NCBI GenBank assembly: GCA_044229975.1
Contig: JBGARZ010000003.1
Location: 576,001 to 640,000 of the forward strand
DNA length: 64,000 nucleotides
DNA from: Polyangiales bacterium
GTDB taxonomy: Bacteria; Myxococcota_A; Polyangia; Polyangiales; Ga0077539
Direction: 5' to 3'
The notes under the pieces were generated by a model. The model was not told the DNA's origin and made no database searches. It was given only the letters and a program-made list of their open reading frames with translations. A program made the translations under genes and the position numbers. How positions within the stretch are numbered: position 1 is the first letter of the stretch; each line of letters begins with the position of its first letter. This document shows positions 37,156 to 46,659 of this stretch, in pieces.

Positions 37156-39629
37156 TCGACCTCCTCGGCCCCGGGCGCCATCGAGACGTTGGAGCGCATC
37201 GGCCCCGAGGCCCCGTGCTGCTGGATGGACTGCACGCGCAGCCGCACGTTGCGGAAGGTCGGGTCGTGCTTCTCCACCTTCTGGAGGTAGTAGAGCGCCT
37301 CGCCGATGTCCCCGAGCAGCTCGTAGGCGTTGCCGATCTCGAAGTAGAGACCGAGCTCTTCGTGCTCGGTGCGCTGCGGCGCCTGGAGCCCCGCGCGGAA
37401 GTGCTCGATGGCCATCGCAGGGTCGCCCTTCTCGACGTGGCAGATGCCCAGCATGAGCTCGCCGATGCACCGCCGCGCGGGAGACGCCGTCGCCACGCGA
37501 AACTCCGCGATGGCGTCGTCGAGCAGGCCCATCTCCTTGTAGGCGATGCCGAGGTCGTAGTGGGTGTCGCAGTCCTCCAGCGACAGCGAGGACGGATCAC
37601 CCGCGCTCGCCGCGTCGAAGACGGCGTGCATCTCGGCCACGGACTCTTGCGGGAGGTTGTCCGACCAGAGCGGGTCGGCCAGCGCCTCGATCTCGTCGGC
37701 GAAGGGCGCCGCCTCCTCCACGTCGTTGCCGCCGTTGGTGCCCTCCTGCGCCTGGAGGATCTGCTCGATCTCCGACCAGCGATCCATCACCAGGGGGTGG
37801 TTGGGGTGCGCTTCGAGGAGCTGGAGCAGGATGTCGCGCGCGTCGTCGTAGAGCCCCTGGGTGACGAAGAACTCCGCCTCGTCGAGGCCGTCTTCGATCT
37901 CGCGGCGTGGCGGAAACCCGTCCTCGCCGTTGGGCAGCGGCTCCATCGCGCCGTCGTCCTCGGGCGCGCCGATGTTGTCGGGGAGGTACTCGCGGAAGTG
38001 CTCCGAGCTCGCGTAGACCTCGGCCTCGGGCGGGTCGACGAGCGCGACGACGGAGTTCTCTTCGATCTCGGGCGCCATCGGGTCGTCGCCGGAAAAGAGC
38101 GAGAGGAGCTGCCGAGCGAGCGCGTTGGTCGGGTCGATCTCCAAGGCGCGACGAACCATCGCCTCGGCCTCGGCGGGGTCGGACTCTTGAAGGATGCCCG
38201 CGAGCTGGAGGCACTCCTGGAGTACGCCAGCGGGGTCGTTCATCGCGGCGTAGAGGTCGCGAATGCGGACGTGGAGTTCGGCCGTGACCGGGTCGAGTCG
38301 CGAGGCGCGACCGAGGTGGTCGGTGACCTTCGAGCGCAGCCCGTACTTGAGGAAGATCTCGGCCTCGTTGACGAGGCGCACGGCCTCGGCGCCGGGGCTG
38401 CGATCGACCGGCGTGAGGGACGTCGGCGGGGGCGGCGCGACGGGCGACGCGAAGGGACGCGCGACGGGCGCAGCAGCGACGGGCGCACGCAGGCGTGACC
38501 GCGCGGCGTCGTTGGCCTCGGGCGGGAGGTGCACCCCCGAGGTCGCCTCGGGCGCCGGCGGGACGGTCGGCTTCAGCTCGAAGTTGGCCGACTCGTCCTC
38601 GACCACGAGCAGCTCGGCGTCGACCTCATCGGGCTCCTCCGAGGGCGGGTGCGAGCGCGAGGCGCTCACGGGCGGCGCGCTCTCGGACTTCTTCGGCGGC
38701 GGCGGCGACGAGGTGCGACGACCCGCGGCCCGGCCACCCACGCGCAGCGCGTCGCGGGCTTCCTGATCGGTCGGCGCCAGCTCCAGCACCCGCTGGTAGA
38801 CGTCGTTGCGCTCGCGCGCCCGGCCCGCGTCGCCGTGCAGTCGCGCGACCTCCTTCAACACCGACAAGGTCTTCTGGATCTGACCGAGGCCGCGGAAGGC
38901 GCCGGCCAGGAGTTCCAGCGTTTGAACGTCCTTGGCGTTGGCCTTGTAGGCCACCTGGAGCTTCGGAAGGGCGCGTCGTGCGTCGTCGCGTTCGAGGTAG
39001 TAGCCCGCGAGCCGCAGCGCCGTCTGCACGTCGTCCGGGCGATGGAAGAACAACCGCTCGGCGACCTTGGACCACTCGTCCACGCGACCGGCCTTGTCGA
39101 GCAGCGAGGCGCCCGCCTCGAACTCCTTGGCCGCCTCGTCCCCGCGCCCGCTGCGGCTGAGCAGCTCGGCGAGGCGGATGCGCGTACCGACGGAGCCCGG
39201 GTCGACGCTCAGCATCTTGCGGTAGACGTCCGAGAGCCCCGTCTCGTCGCCCACCTTCGCGTAGCGCTGCGCCAGGAGCTCAAGACTCTGGAGCGCGTCC
39301 GACGAGAGCCCGAGCTTCATGTAGAGCTCGCTCAAGCGACCGTAGAGGTCGATGCGCGTCGGGTCGATCTGGAGGATCTGCTTGTAGACCGCGACGCCCT
39401 TCAGGAAGAAGCCCTGCTGGTCGTAGGCCTGCGCGACCTTGGTGTACGTCTCGACGGCGGCGGCCTTGGCGCTCATCCGCACCTGGAGGTCGCCGACCTT
39501 CAGGAGGATGCGAACGTCCGACGGGTCTTCGCGGAGTACGCGCTGGTACTCGATCACGGCCTTGTCGAACTGGTTCTTGGCCGTGAACTTCTGCGCTGCG
39601 TCGATGACCTTCTGTCGATCGATGCTCAC
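37125..39629 (-). CDS. sgmX: Large TPR protein, SgmX-like type IV pilus activator
   Basis: N-terminal TPRs (KAVIEYQRVL, GFFLKGVAVYKQIL); C-terminal THYDLGIAYKEMGLLDDAI; synteny with accC/accB/mglC as recalled for Myxococcus. Confidence 0.78.
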   Translation of the reverse strand: MSIDRQKVIDAAQKFTAKNQFDKAVIEYQRVLREDPSDVRILLKVGDLQVRMSAKAAAVETYTKVAQAYDQQGFFLKGVAVYKQILQIDPTRIDLYGRLSELYMKLGLSSDALQSLELLAQRYAKVGDETGLSDVYRKMLSVDPGSVGTRIRLAELLSRSGRGDEAAKEFEAGASLLDKAGRVDEWSKVAERLFFHRPDDVQTALRLAGYYLERDDARRALPKLQVAYKANAKDVQTLELLAGAFRGLGQIQKTLSVLKEVARLHGDAGRARERNDVYQRVLELAPTDQEARDALRVGGRAAGRRTSSPPPPKKSESAPPVSASRSHPPSEEPDEVDAELLVVEDESANFELKPTVPPAPEATSGVHLPPEANDAARSRLRAPVAAAPVARPFASPVAPPPPTSLTPVDRSPGAEAVRLVNEAEIFLKYGLRSKVTDHLGRASRLDPVTAELHVRIRDLYAAMNDPAGVLQECLQLAGILQESDPAEAEAMVRRALEIDPTNALARQLLSLFSGDDPMAPEIEENSVVALVDPPEAEVYASSEHFREYLPDNIGAPEDDGAMEPLPNGEDGFPPRREIEDGLDEAEFFVTQGLYDDARDILLQLLEAHPNHPLVMDRWSEIEQILQAQEGTNGGNDVEEAAPFADEIEALADPLWSDNLPQESVAEMHAVFDAASAGDPSSLSLEDCDTHYDLGIAYKEMGLLDDAIAEFRVATASPARRCIGELMLGICHVEKGDPAMAIEHFRAGLQAPQRTEHEELGLYFEIGNAYELLGDIGEALYYLQKVEKHDPTFRNVRLRVQSIQQHGASGPMRSNVSMAPGAEEVDQAFDDLLKD

Positions 39630-39725
39630 GGTAGGTAACGACCTTGATGAAGACAGCGGGTGGGTGCGGCCAAAGCGTCTTCCTTACTTTCTAGGCTAGA
39701 AGGCCGCGCACGGCAGCGTCAAGAA

Positions 39726-41066
39726 TCACCCGCGCAGCACGTGCTCTTCGAGGAACCGTGTGCTCATCGGGCCCACAGTGAAGGCAGGGTGGTCGAGGAT
39801 CTTGCGGTGCAGCGGGATGTTGGTTCGCACCCCCTCGACGATGAACTCGTCGAGCGCGCGGCGCATGCGGGCGATGGCCTGCGGGCGCGTCGCAGCGTGG
39901 ACGATCACCTTGGCCAGCAGCGAGTCGTAGTAGGGCGACACCGTGCAGCCGCCGTACACCCCGCCGTCGACGCGAACCCCCGTCCCGCCGGGCGGGTGGT
40001 ACTCGGTGATGCGACCCGGCGATGGCGCGAAGGTGACCGGGTCTTCGGCGTTGACCCGGCACTCGATGGCGTGACCACGCGGCGCGAGCGCTTTTACGGG
40101 AACGGTAAGCCGACCACCCCCCGCGATGAGGATCTGCTCGGCCACGAGGTCGAGCCCGCTCGTCATCTCGGTGACGGGGTGCTCGACCTGCACGCGGGTG
40201 TTCATCTCCAGGAAGTACCCGCTGCCCTGCTCATCGACGATGAACTCCAGCGTCCCGAGCGAGCGGTAGCCCGTCGCGCGCAGCGCCTCGATGGCGCCGT
40301 CGAGCAGCCCGCCCTGGCGCTCTTCGGAGAGCAACCCCGGCGACGACTCCTCCAGCACCTTCTGGTGCCGCCGCTGGATGCTGCACTCGCGCTCGCCCAC
40401 GCACGACACGTGGCCGTGGTGGTCGGCGATGATCTGGAGCTCGATGTGCCGCGGGCGCTCGATGAAGCGCTCCAGGAAGAGCTCGGGGTTGCCGAAGCCC
40501 GCCATCGCCTCGGCCCGCGCGCTGTCGAACGCGCGCTTGAGCGCCTCTTCGTCGCGCACCACCTTGAGCCCGCGACCGCCGCCACCACCGCTCGCCTTGA
40601 GCATGAGCGGGAAGCCGATCTCGCGCGCCGCGGCGAGGGCGGCGGCGAGGTCGGGGAGCGTGTCGGTCCCGGGCAGGAGCGGGATGCCGAAGCGTCGGGC
40701 CTGGGTGCGCGCCGAGACCTTGTCGCCCCACGCCCGCATGGCCTCCGGGGTCGGGCCGATGAAGGTGATCTGGCAGCGGCGGCACACCTCGGCGAAGGCC
40801 GCGCTCTCGGAGAGGAAGCCGTAGCCGGGGTGGATGGCATCGGCGCCGGTGATCTCCGCCGCGGCGATGAGCGCGGGGATGTGCAGGTACGAGCGGCTCG
40901 CGGCGGGCGGACCGATGCACACGGCCTCGTCGGCGAGGCGCACGTGCAGCGCGTCGACGTCGCACTGCGAGTGCACGGCCACGGTGCGGAGACCGAGCTC
41001 CTTGCACGCGCGGATGACGCGCACGGCGATCTCGCCGCGGTTGGCGATCAGTACCTTGCGAAACAC
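39726..41066 (-). CDS. accC: Biotin carboxylase
   Basis: KVLIANRGEIA, HPGYGFLSE, GGGGRG, ERECSIQRRHQK, EMNTRVQVEHP. Confidence 0.97.
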   Translation of the reverse strand: MFRKVLIANRGEIAVRVIRACKELGLRTVAVHSQCDVDALHVRLADEAVCIGPPAASRSYLHIPALIAAAEITGADAIHPGYGFLSESAAFAEVCRRCQITFIGPTPEAMRAWGDKVSARTQARRFGIPLLPGTDTLPDLAAALAAAREIGFPLMLKASGGGGGRGLKVVRDEEALKRAFDSARAEAMAGFGNPELFLERFIERPRHIELQIIADHHGHVSCVGERECSIQRRHQKVLEESSPGLLSEERQGGLLDGAIEALRATGYRSLGTLEFIVDEQGSGYFLEMNTRVQVEHPVTEMTSGLDLVAEQILIAGGGRLTVPVKALAPRGHAIECRVNAEDPVTFAPSPGRITEYHPPGGTGVRVDGGVYGGCTVSPYYDSLLAKVIVHAATRPQAIARMRRALDEFIVEGVRTNIPLHRKILDHPAFTVGPMSTRFLEEHVLRG

Positions 41067-41067
41067 G

Positions 41068-41546
<479 letters not shown>

Positions 41547-41550
<4 letters not shown>

Positions 41551-42008
41551 GGGGTGGTCCGCTGGTCGAGGTGGGCGATGAGGCCGCGCAGCGCGAGGGT
41601 GTAGCTGTCGGCGCCGAAGCCCGACACCGCGCCGATGCAGGCGGCCCCGACGCGAGAGCGCCGTCGAAAGGGCTCGCGTGCGGCGAGGTTGGTGAGGTGG
41701 CACTCCACCGTCGGGAGCGCGCAGGCCCGCACGGCGTCGAGGAGGGACACGCTCGTATGGGTGAGCCCGCCGGCGTTGAGCACCACGCCGTCGACCACTC
41801 CGCGCGCGGCGTGGAGGCGGTCGATGAGGGCGCCCTCGTGGTTGGACTGGAAGCACTCCACCGCGGCGCCGAGCGCGGCCCCCTCGCGGGTGAGCGCGGC
41901 GTCGACGTCGGCGAGCGTGGCGCGGCCGTAGAGGTCGGGCTCGCGGGTTCCGAGGAGGTTGAGGTTGGGTCCGTGCAGGACGAGCACGCTCCAGCGCGGC
42001 GCTGGCAT
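41547..42008 (-). CDS. aroQ: Type II 3-dehydroquinate dehydratase
   Basis: HGPNLNLLGTREP, QSNHEG, HTS, HLTN..REPFR. Confidence 0.96.
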
Positions 42009-42016
42009 CGGGTGTC

Positions 42017-42376
42017 TCAGCTCAGCGCGGCGACGAACTTCGGCGCGGCGATGCGAAGCAGGAAGCGCCCCTTGCCGAGGTTGCCGTCGGGCGCGAGCGC
42101 GAGCGCCACGAAGTAGTCTCCATTGAGCATGCGGACCACCGTGGTGAGCTTCTCGGCCTGGATGGCCACCTCGCGCGCGCCGCCCGCTTCGAGCTGCTCG
42201 GCCGCGCGGCGGATGTCCTTCAGCACCATCGAGAGCTCCATGCCCACGGTGGTGATGTCGAGCTCCGCGTCTTCTCGCGCCCAGCTGTCGACGGGGATAC
42301 CGTCGAACCCCATGAGCAGCCCGGCGATTCCGCCTTCGGTTCCCTCGACGATTTCCCGCAGGGTCTCATTGAACAT
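42017..42376 (-). CDS. mglC: Roadblock/LC7 protein, MglC-like
   Basis: MGFDGI (FDI surface), GNLGKGRF.LR..APK; synteny with accB/accC/sgmX. Confidence 0.82.
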   Translation of the reverse strand: MFNETLREIVEGTEGGIAGLLMGFDGIPVDSWAREDAELDITTVGMELSMVLKDIRRAAEQLEAGGAREVAIQAEKLTTVVRMLNGDYFVALALAPDGNLGKGRFLLRIAAPKFVAALS

Positions 42377-42397
42377 CGCATCAGCCTCGCGTTTCCG

Positions 42398-43858
42398 GTG
42401 ATCCGCGTCGATCGTGCCAGCGCGGCGGAGAACGCGTCAACCTCCGCGCATTCCGCACCCCTCGCCCTGTGGTCGCTTGCCATCGCCGCGTCGATCGTCA
42501 TCGGCCCGCGCGCGCCGCTCTATTGGGACAGCCTCGGCTACGTCGAGCAGGCCATCACCGGCCGCGTCGGGGGCCTTCTCCTCGGCCGTCCGCTCTTCAT
42601 CCTCGTCTCCCACGGCCTCGCCCGCGCCGCTGTCACCCTCGGCCTCTCGCCCTGGTCGCTGGAGCCCCTGCTCCGCCACGCGTGGCTCTTCGTCGCCGCC
42701 CTCGCCGCGCCGCTCGCCGCCGCCCTCGCCCGCCGCGTCGGCCTCGGCGCGCGCGCTTCCCTCATCGCCGGTCTCCTCGTCGCGCTCTCGCCCGCCGGCG
42801 CGCACACCCGCGACGCCGTGCTCACCGACGGGCCCGCCACCGCCGTCGTGCTCCTCGCGCTCGTCTTCGCCGCGGGTGCTCCCACCGCGCGCAACGCGCT
42901 GCTCTCCGGGGCGTCACTCGGTCTCGCGTTTGGCCTCCGCGAGCAGGCCGCGCTGCACCTCTCCACGGCGCTCCTCCTCGGCGCGATGGCCTCTCCGCGA
43001 CGGCGCTGGCGCGACGCATCCCTCCTCGCGCTGGGGTTCGCCGTCGTCGCCGCGACGCTCCTCCTCCTCGCCTGGAACTCCAACCCCGACTACCCCGCCA
43101 CCCTCTCCCGCTGGCTCCACGGCATGGCGCTCGAACGCCTCGAAGCCCGCGACCCAGTCGAGAAGGTCACCCGCTACGCGCTGTGGCTCGTCGCCCTCTC
43201 GCCCATCGCCCTCGGCGCCACCATCGCGTGGTGGGTGCGCGCCCGCGATCGCTGGTGGCTCGCGCTCATCCCCGCCACGCTCGGTCTGCTCGCGCTCTCG
43301 CGCTACCAGGACATCGCCTGGTCGCCGCGCTACCTGCTGACGGAGTTTGTCGTCGCCACGACGCTCCCGGCCGCCGCGTGGCTCGACCGCGCCTTCCCGC
43401 GCCGCGTCGCGCACCTCGCGTGGTTGCTCCCGTCGCTCGCGTTGCTCCCCATCGCGGGCCATCTCCTGCACGCCCGACAGCGCCCGCTGCAATCGCTCGT
43501 CGCCGCGCTCCCCGACCGTCTCCGGCGTCTCCCTCCCGACGCGCTCATCGTCACGGGGCAACCCTGCGCCGCCGTTCGTCTCGACGCGCGCATCGCCACG
43601 ACCTGGCCCGCCGCGTGGTCCGCCCCTCCCCCGCGCTGGACCACCCTCTGCCCCGGCTGGTCGTGGCCCGCCAACCCAGCGGTCCATCTCGACGCCGCGC
43701 TCGCCCGCGGGACCACCGTCGTCCTCGACCTCCGCGACGCCGCCTGGATCGGCGCCCCACAACGCCGCCGACGCGACGAGCTTGCCCGCTTCGCCGCCGA
43801 GCACGCGCGGGACCCGCGGGTGATTTCGTGGCGCGATGGGAGCAACGCCTCGCGGTAG
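42398..43858 (+). CDS. Multi-pass membrane protein, GT-C/PMT-like glycosyltransferase; start uncertain
   Basis: WDSLGY loop after the first TM, VLTD, RYLL, many TMs. Confidence 0.6.
   Translation: MIRVDRASAAENASTSAHSAPLALWSLAIAASIVIGPRAPLYWDSLGYVEQAITGRVGGLLLGRPLFILVSHGLARAAVTLGLSPWSLEPLLRHAWLFVAALAAPLAAALARRVGLGARASLIAGLLVALSPAGAHTRDAVLTDGPATAVVLLALVFAAGAPTARNALLSGASLGLAFGLREQAALHLSTALLLGAMASPRRRWRDASLLALGFAVVAATLLLLAWNSNPDYPATLSRWLHGMALERLEARDPVEKVTRYALWLVALSPIALGATIAWWVRARDRWWLALIPATLGLLALSRYQDIAWSPRYLLTEFVVATTLPAAAWLDRAFPRRVAHLAWLLPSLALLPIAGHLLHARQRPLQSLVAALPDRLRRLPPDALIVTGQPCAAVRLDARIATTWPAAWSAPPPRWTTLCPGWSWPANPAVHLDAALARGTTVVLDLRDAAWIGAPQRRRRDELARFAAEHARDPRVISWRDGSNASR
42404..42419 (-). 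promoter_or_regulatory. Putative sigma-54 promoter upstream of the mglC operon
   Basis: Minus strand TGGCACGATCGACGCG (GG-N10-GC), 28 bp before the ATG. Confidence 0.45.
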
Positions 43859-43872
43859 TGTGGCCGCGCGCC

Positions 43873-44556
43873 ATGCGAATCCTCGCCCTCGACACCAGCA
43901 CCGCCAGCGCGTCCGTCGCCGTCGTCGACGACGAGGTCGTCCTCGCGGAGGTCACGCGCCGACTGACCACCGGCCACGCGACGCAGCTCCTTGGGGTCAT
44001 CGAGCAGGCGCTCACCCTCGCGGGCGTCGCCCTCACGCAGCTCGACGCGCTCGCCATCGGCCGCGGTCCGGGGTCGTTCACCGGGCTGCGATCGGGCCTC
44101 GCCACCATCCGCGGCCTCACGCTCGCGACCGACCTCCCGCTGTGGGGTGTCGGCTCGCTGCGCGCGCTCGCGGCCGTCGTCGCGACGCCCGGGACGCTGA
44201 GCCTCGTGTGCACCGACGGTCGGCGCGACGAGCTCTTCGCGCAGGGCTTCGACGGCGACGACGAGTGGCTCCCGCTGCTGCACGTCGCGCCCGAGGAGAT
44301 CGGCGCGCGCGCGCTCGAAGCCGCGGGAGGGCGGCCGATCGTGGTCTGGGGCGACCTCCAGCCGACGGCCGTCGCGAGGCTCGCGACGAGTGATCGCTTC
44401 GTGGTTCGGCCACGCGCACTCGGCTCACCGAGCGGTCGTGGCGTGGCGCTGGAGGTACTCGCCGGCCGCGCCCTCCGCGACGACGGAACCATGGAGCCGC
44501 TCTACATCCGCCCCCCCGACGCGAAGCTGCCGAAGATGGTGCAGGGCGCGCGATGA
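43873..44556 (+). CDS. tsaB: tRNA t6A biosynthesis protein TsaB
   Basis: ILALDTST, GPGSFTGLR, EPLYIR. Confidence 0.95.
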   Translation: MRILALDTSTASASVAVVDDEVVLAEVTRRLTTGHATQLLGVIEQALTLAGVALTQLDALAIGRGPGSFTGLRSGLATIRGLTLATDLPLWGVGSLRALAAVVATPGTLSLVCTDGRRDELFAQGFDGDDEWLPLLHVAPEEIGARALEAAGGRPIVVWGDLQPTAVARLATSDRFVVRPRALGSPSGRGVALEVLAGRALRDDGTMEPLYIRPPDAKLPKMVQGAR

Positions 44557-45002
44557 GGGCCGTCGCGCAGCGCGTGGCGAGCGGGCGCGTGGTGGTCGCG
44601 GGCGAGACCGTGGGCGCGATCGCGAAGGGCCTGCTCGTGTACCTGGGCGTGGGCGCCGGGGACGACGAGACCGCGGCGCAGTACATCGCCGACAAGGTCG
44701 TCGGCCTGCGGGTCTTCGAAGGCGACGACGGGAGGATGACCCTCGACCTGGCGGCCGTCGGCGGCGCGGTGCTGCTGGTGTCGCAGTTCACGCTCTACGG
44801 CGACGTGCGCAAGGGTCGTCGGCCGTCCTTCGAGCGCGCGATGGAACCCGTCGCGGCGGAGGCTCTCTACCGCCGCGTGGCGGAGCTCATCCGGGCCAGA
44901 GGGGTCGTGGTAGAAACGGGGGTGTTTCGCGCGGACATGCTGGTGGAGAGCGTCAACGAGGGGCCCGTGACCATCCTCATCGACAGCACGCGCGCCTTCT
45001 GA
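44553..45002 (+). CDS. dtd: D-aminoacyl-tRNA deacylase
   Basis: MRAVAQRV, SQFTL, G.RPSF, NEGPVT. Confidence 0.97.
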   Translation: MRAVAQRVASGRVVVAGETVGAIAKGLLVYLGVGAGDDETAAQYIADKVVGLRVFEGDDGRMTLDLAAVGGAVLLVSQFTLYGDVRKGRRPSFERAMEPVAAEALYRRVAELIRARGVVVETGVFRADMLVESVNEGPVTILIDSTRAF

Positions 45003-45022
45003 AACTCCGAGGGAGGTCCACG

Positions 45023-46054
45023 ATGTCTCGCTACGTGATCCGAGGGGCGACACCGGACGACGCGACGCAGATGATGGAGCTCGCGCGGCACCTCAACACC
45101 GTCAACCTCCCGCACGACGCCGAGGCCGTCGCGGAGATCCTAGACCTGTCGCAGCGCTCGTTTTCGGGTGCGCTGAAAGACCTGCGGAAGCGGGAGTACG
45201 TGTTCGTCCTCGAAGACCTCGAAGCGGGTCGCATCATCGGGACGAGCAAGATCCTCGCGCAGCTCGGTCGGAGGGACGCGCCGTACATCTTCCTCGACGT
45301 CATCGTGGAGGAGAAATACTCGCAGACGCTCGACCGGCACTTCGTCCACACCGTGCTGCGCCTCGGGCACTCCTACGAAGGCCCGACAGAGATCGGCGGG
45401 CTCATCGTGCTGCCGGAGTTTCGCCTCGTGCCCGAGCGCGTCGGGATGATGATCTCGTACGTGCGCTTCCTCTTCATGGCGATGCACCGCGGACTCTTCC
45501 GCAACGAGGTCGTCGCCGAGCTGCTCCCGCCGCTGCTCCCCGATGGCACGAGCCATCTCTGGGAGGCGCTCGGGCGGAAGTTCACGGACATGAGCTACTC
45601 GGAGGCCGACCGGCTCTCCAAGCGCAACAAGGAGTTCATCAAGTCGCTCTTCCCCAGCGGCGACGTGTACGTGTCGCTGCTGCCCAACGACGCGCAGGAC
45701 GTCATCGGCAAGGTCGGGCGCGAGACCCGCGGCGTCGAGAAGATGTTGCGGCGCATCGGGTTCCAGTACTGCAACCGCATCGACCCCTTCGACGGCGGGC
45801 CCCACTTCCGCGCGGCCACCGACGAGATCCTGCTGGTGAAGAAGACCCGCCGCGGCCCCGTTCGACCCGTCGACGGGGTGGCGGAGGGACAGCGATCCAT
45901 CGTGGCCACCGACCTGAAGGAAGCACCGTACTTCCGCGCAACGAGCTGCCCGGCGATGGTGGCGGACGATGGCGGTGTGAGGGTTCCGCGGGCGGTGTTC
46001 CAGTTTCTCGGGGTGGCCGACGGAGCGGAGATCTCGGTGCTGCCGCTCGATTGA
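45023..46054 (+). CDS. astA: Arginine N-succinyltransferase family protein
   Basis: TEIGGL, RFLFMA, WEALGRKF, AD.LS..NKEFI, AQDVIGKV, IDPFDGGP. Confidence 0.88.
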   Translation: MSRYVIRGATPDDATQMMELARHLNTVNLPHDAEAVAEILDLSQRSFSGALKDLRKREYVFVLEDLEAGRIIGTSKILAQLGRRDAPYIFLDVIVEEKYSQTLDRHFVHTVLRLGHSYEGPTEIGGLIVLPEFRLVPERVGMMISYVRFLFMAMHRGLFRNEVVAELLPPLLPDGTSHLWEALGRKFTDMSYSEADRLSKRNKEFIKSLFPSGDVYVSLLPNDAQDVIGKVGRETRGVEKMLRRIGFQYCNRIDPFDGGPHFRAATDEILLVKKTRRGPVRPVDGVAEGQRSIVATDLKEAPYFRATSCPAMVADDGGVRVPRAVFQFLGVADGAEISVLPLD

Positions 46055-46103
46055 GATCCAGAAAGTTCACCCTGCGGCGGGCGCCCACCTACCCTGCAAA
46101 CCG

Positions 46104-46415
46104 ATGGACGCCCTCCGCGCGCGCTTCACCCTGGCGCTGCCCCTCTTCCTGCTGCTCGTCACCGTGATCGGCGTCCCGACCATGATCTTCGGCGCCAACG
46201 GTCTGCCGCGCCATCGACGACTGCGCGCGCAGCTCACGGCGCAGCTCGACGAGAACCACCGCCTCGCCACGGAGCTGCTGCGCCTGCGGTCGGAGCTCGA
46301 GGCGTTTCAGCGAGACCCGCGGGCGCGCGAGCGGGCCGTGCGCGAAGAGCTCGGCTGGGTGCGTCGGGACGAGATCATCGTGGAGATCCCGGCACAGCGG
46401 GCGCGGTCGCTGTAG
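46104..46415 (+). CDS. ftsB: FtsB/DivIC septum formation initiator
   Basis: TM, coiled coil, ERAVREELGWVRRDE. Confidence 0.85.
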   Translation: MDALRARFTLALPLFLLLVTVIGVPTMIFGANGLPRHRRLRAQLTAQLDENHRLATELLRLRSELEAFQRDPRARERAVREELGWVRRDEIIVEIPAQRARSL

Positions 46416-46478
46416 CGACGACGAGGGCCGTCGCTGGTCTGCCCCATGAGCGTGCGGTAGAGGCTTTCCAGGAGCCGC

Positions 46479-46649
46479 ATGGTGATCGTGCTCGGGGTGT
46501 TGTCGCTCGCCTTCATGGGCTGCGCTGCGGGGCTGCCGCTGCTGTCGCCGCAGCCCTCGGCGGGCCCCGGGCTTGCGCCATCGGGGTGTCAGACGGTGTA
46601 CCAGTACGGGTCGCGATACGGCTGGGGCGGCGGCACGCACTGTCGTTGA
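46479..46649 (+). CDS. Unannotated 56-aa putative lipoprotein/secreted peptide
   Basis: AGGAG RBS; MVIVLGVLSLAFMGCAAGLPLLSPQPSAGPGLAPSGCQTVYQYGSRYGWGGGTHCR; below the ORF-track length cutoff. Confidence 0.5.
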   Translation: MVIVLGVLSLAFMGCAAGLPLLSPQPSAGPGLAPSGCQTVYQYGSRYGWGGGTHCR

Positions 46650-46659
46650 GCGGCGCGCA

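Noticed and set aside
46307..46516. 69-aa minus-strand ORF (MKASDNTP...)
   Set aside because: It overlaps ftsB antisense by 109 nt; the plus-strand 56-aa ORF with an RBS and signal-like sequence explains the region better.
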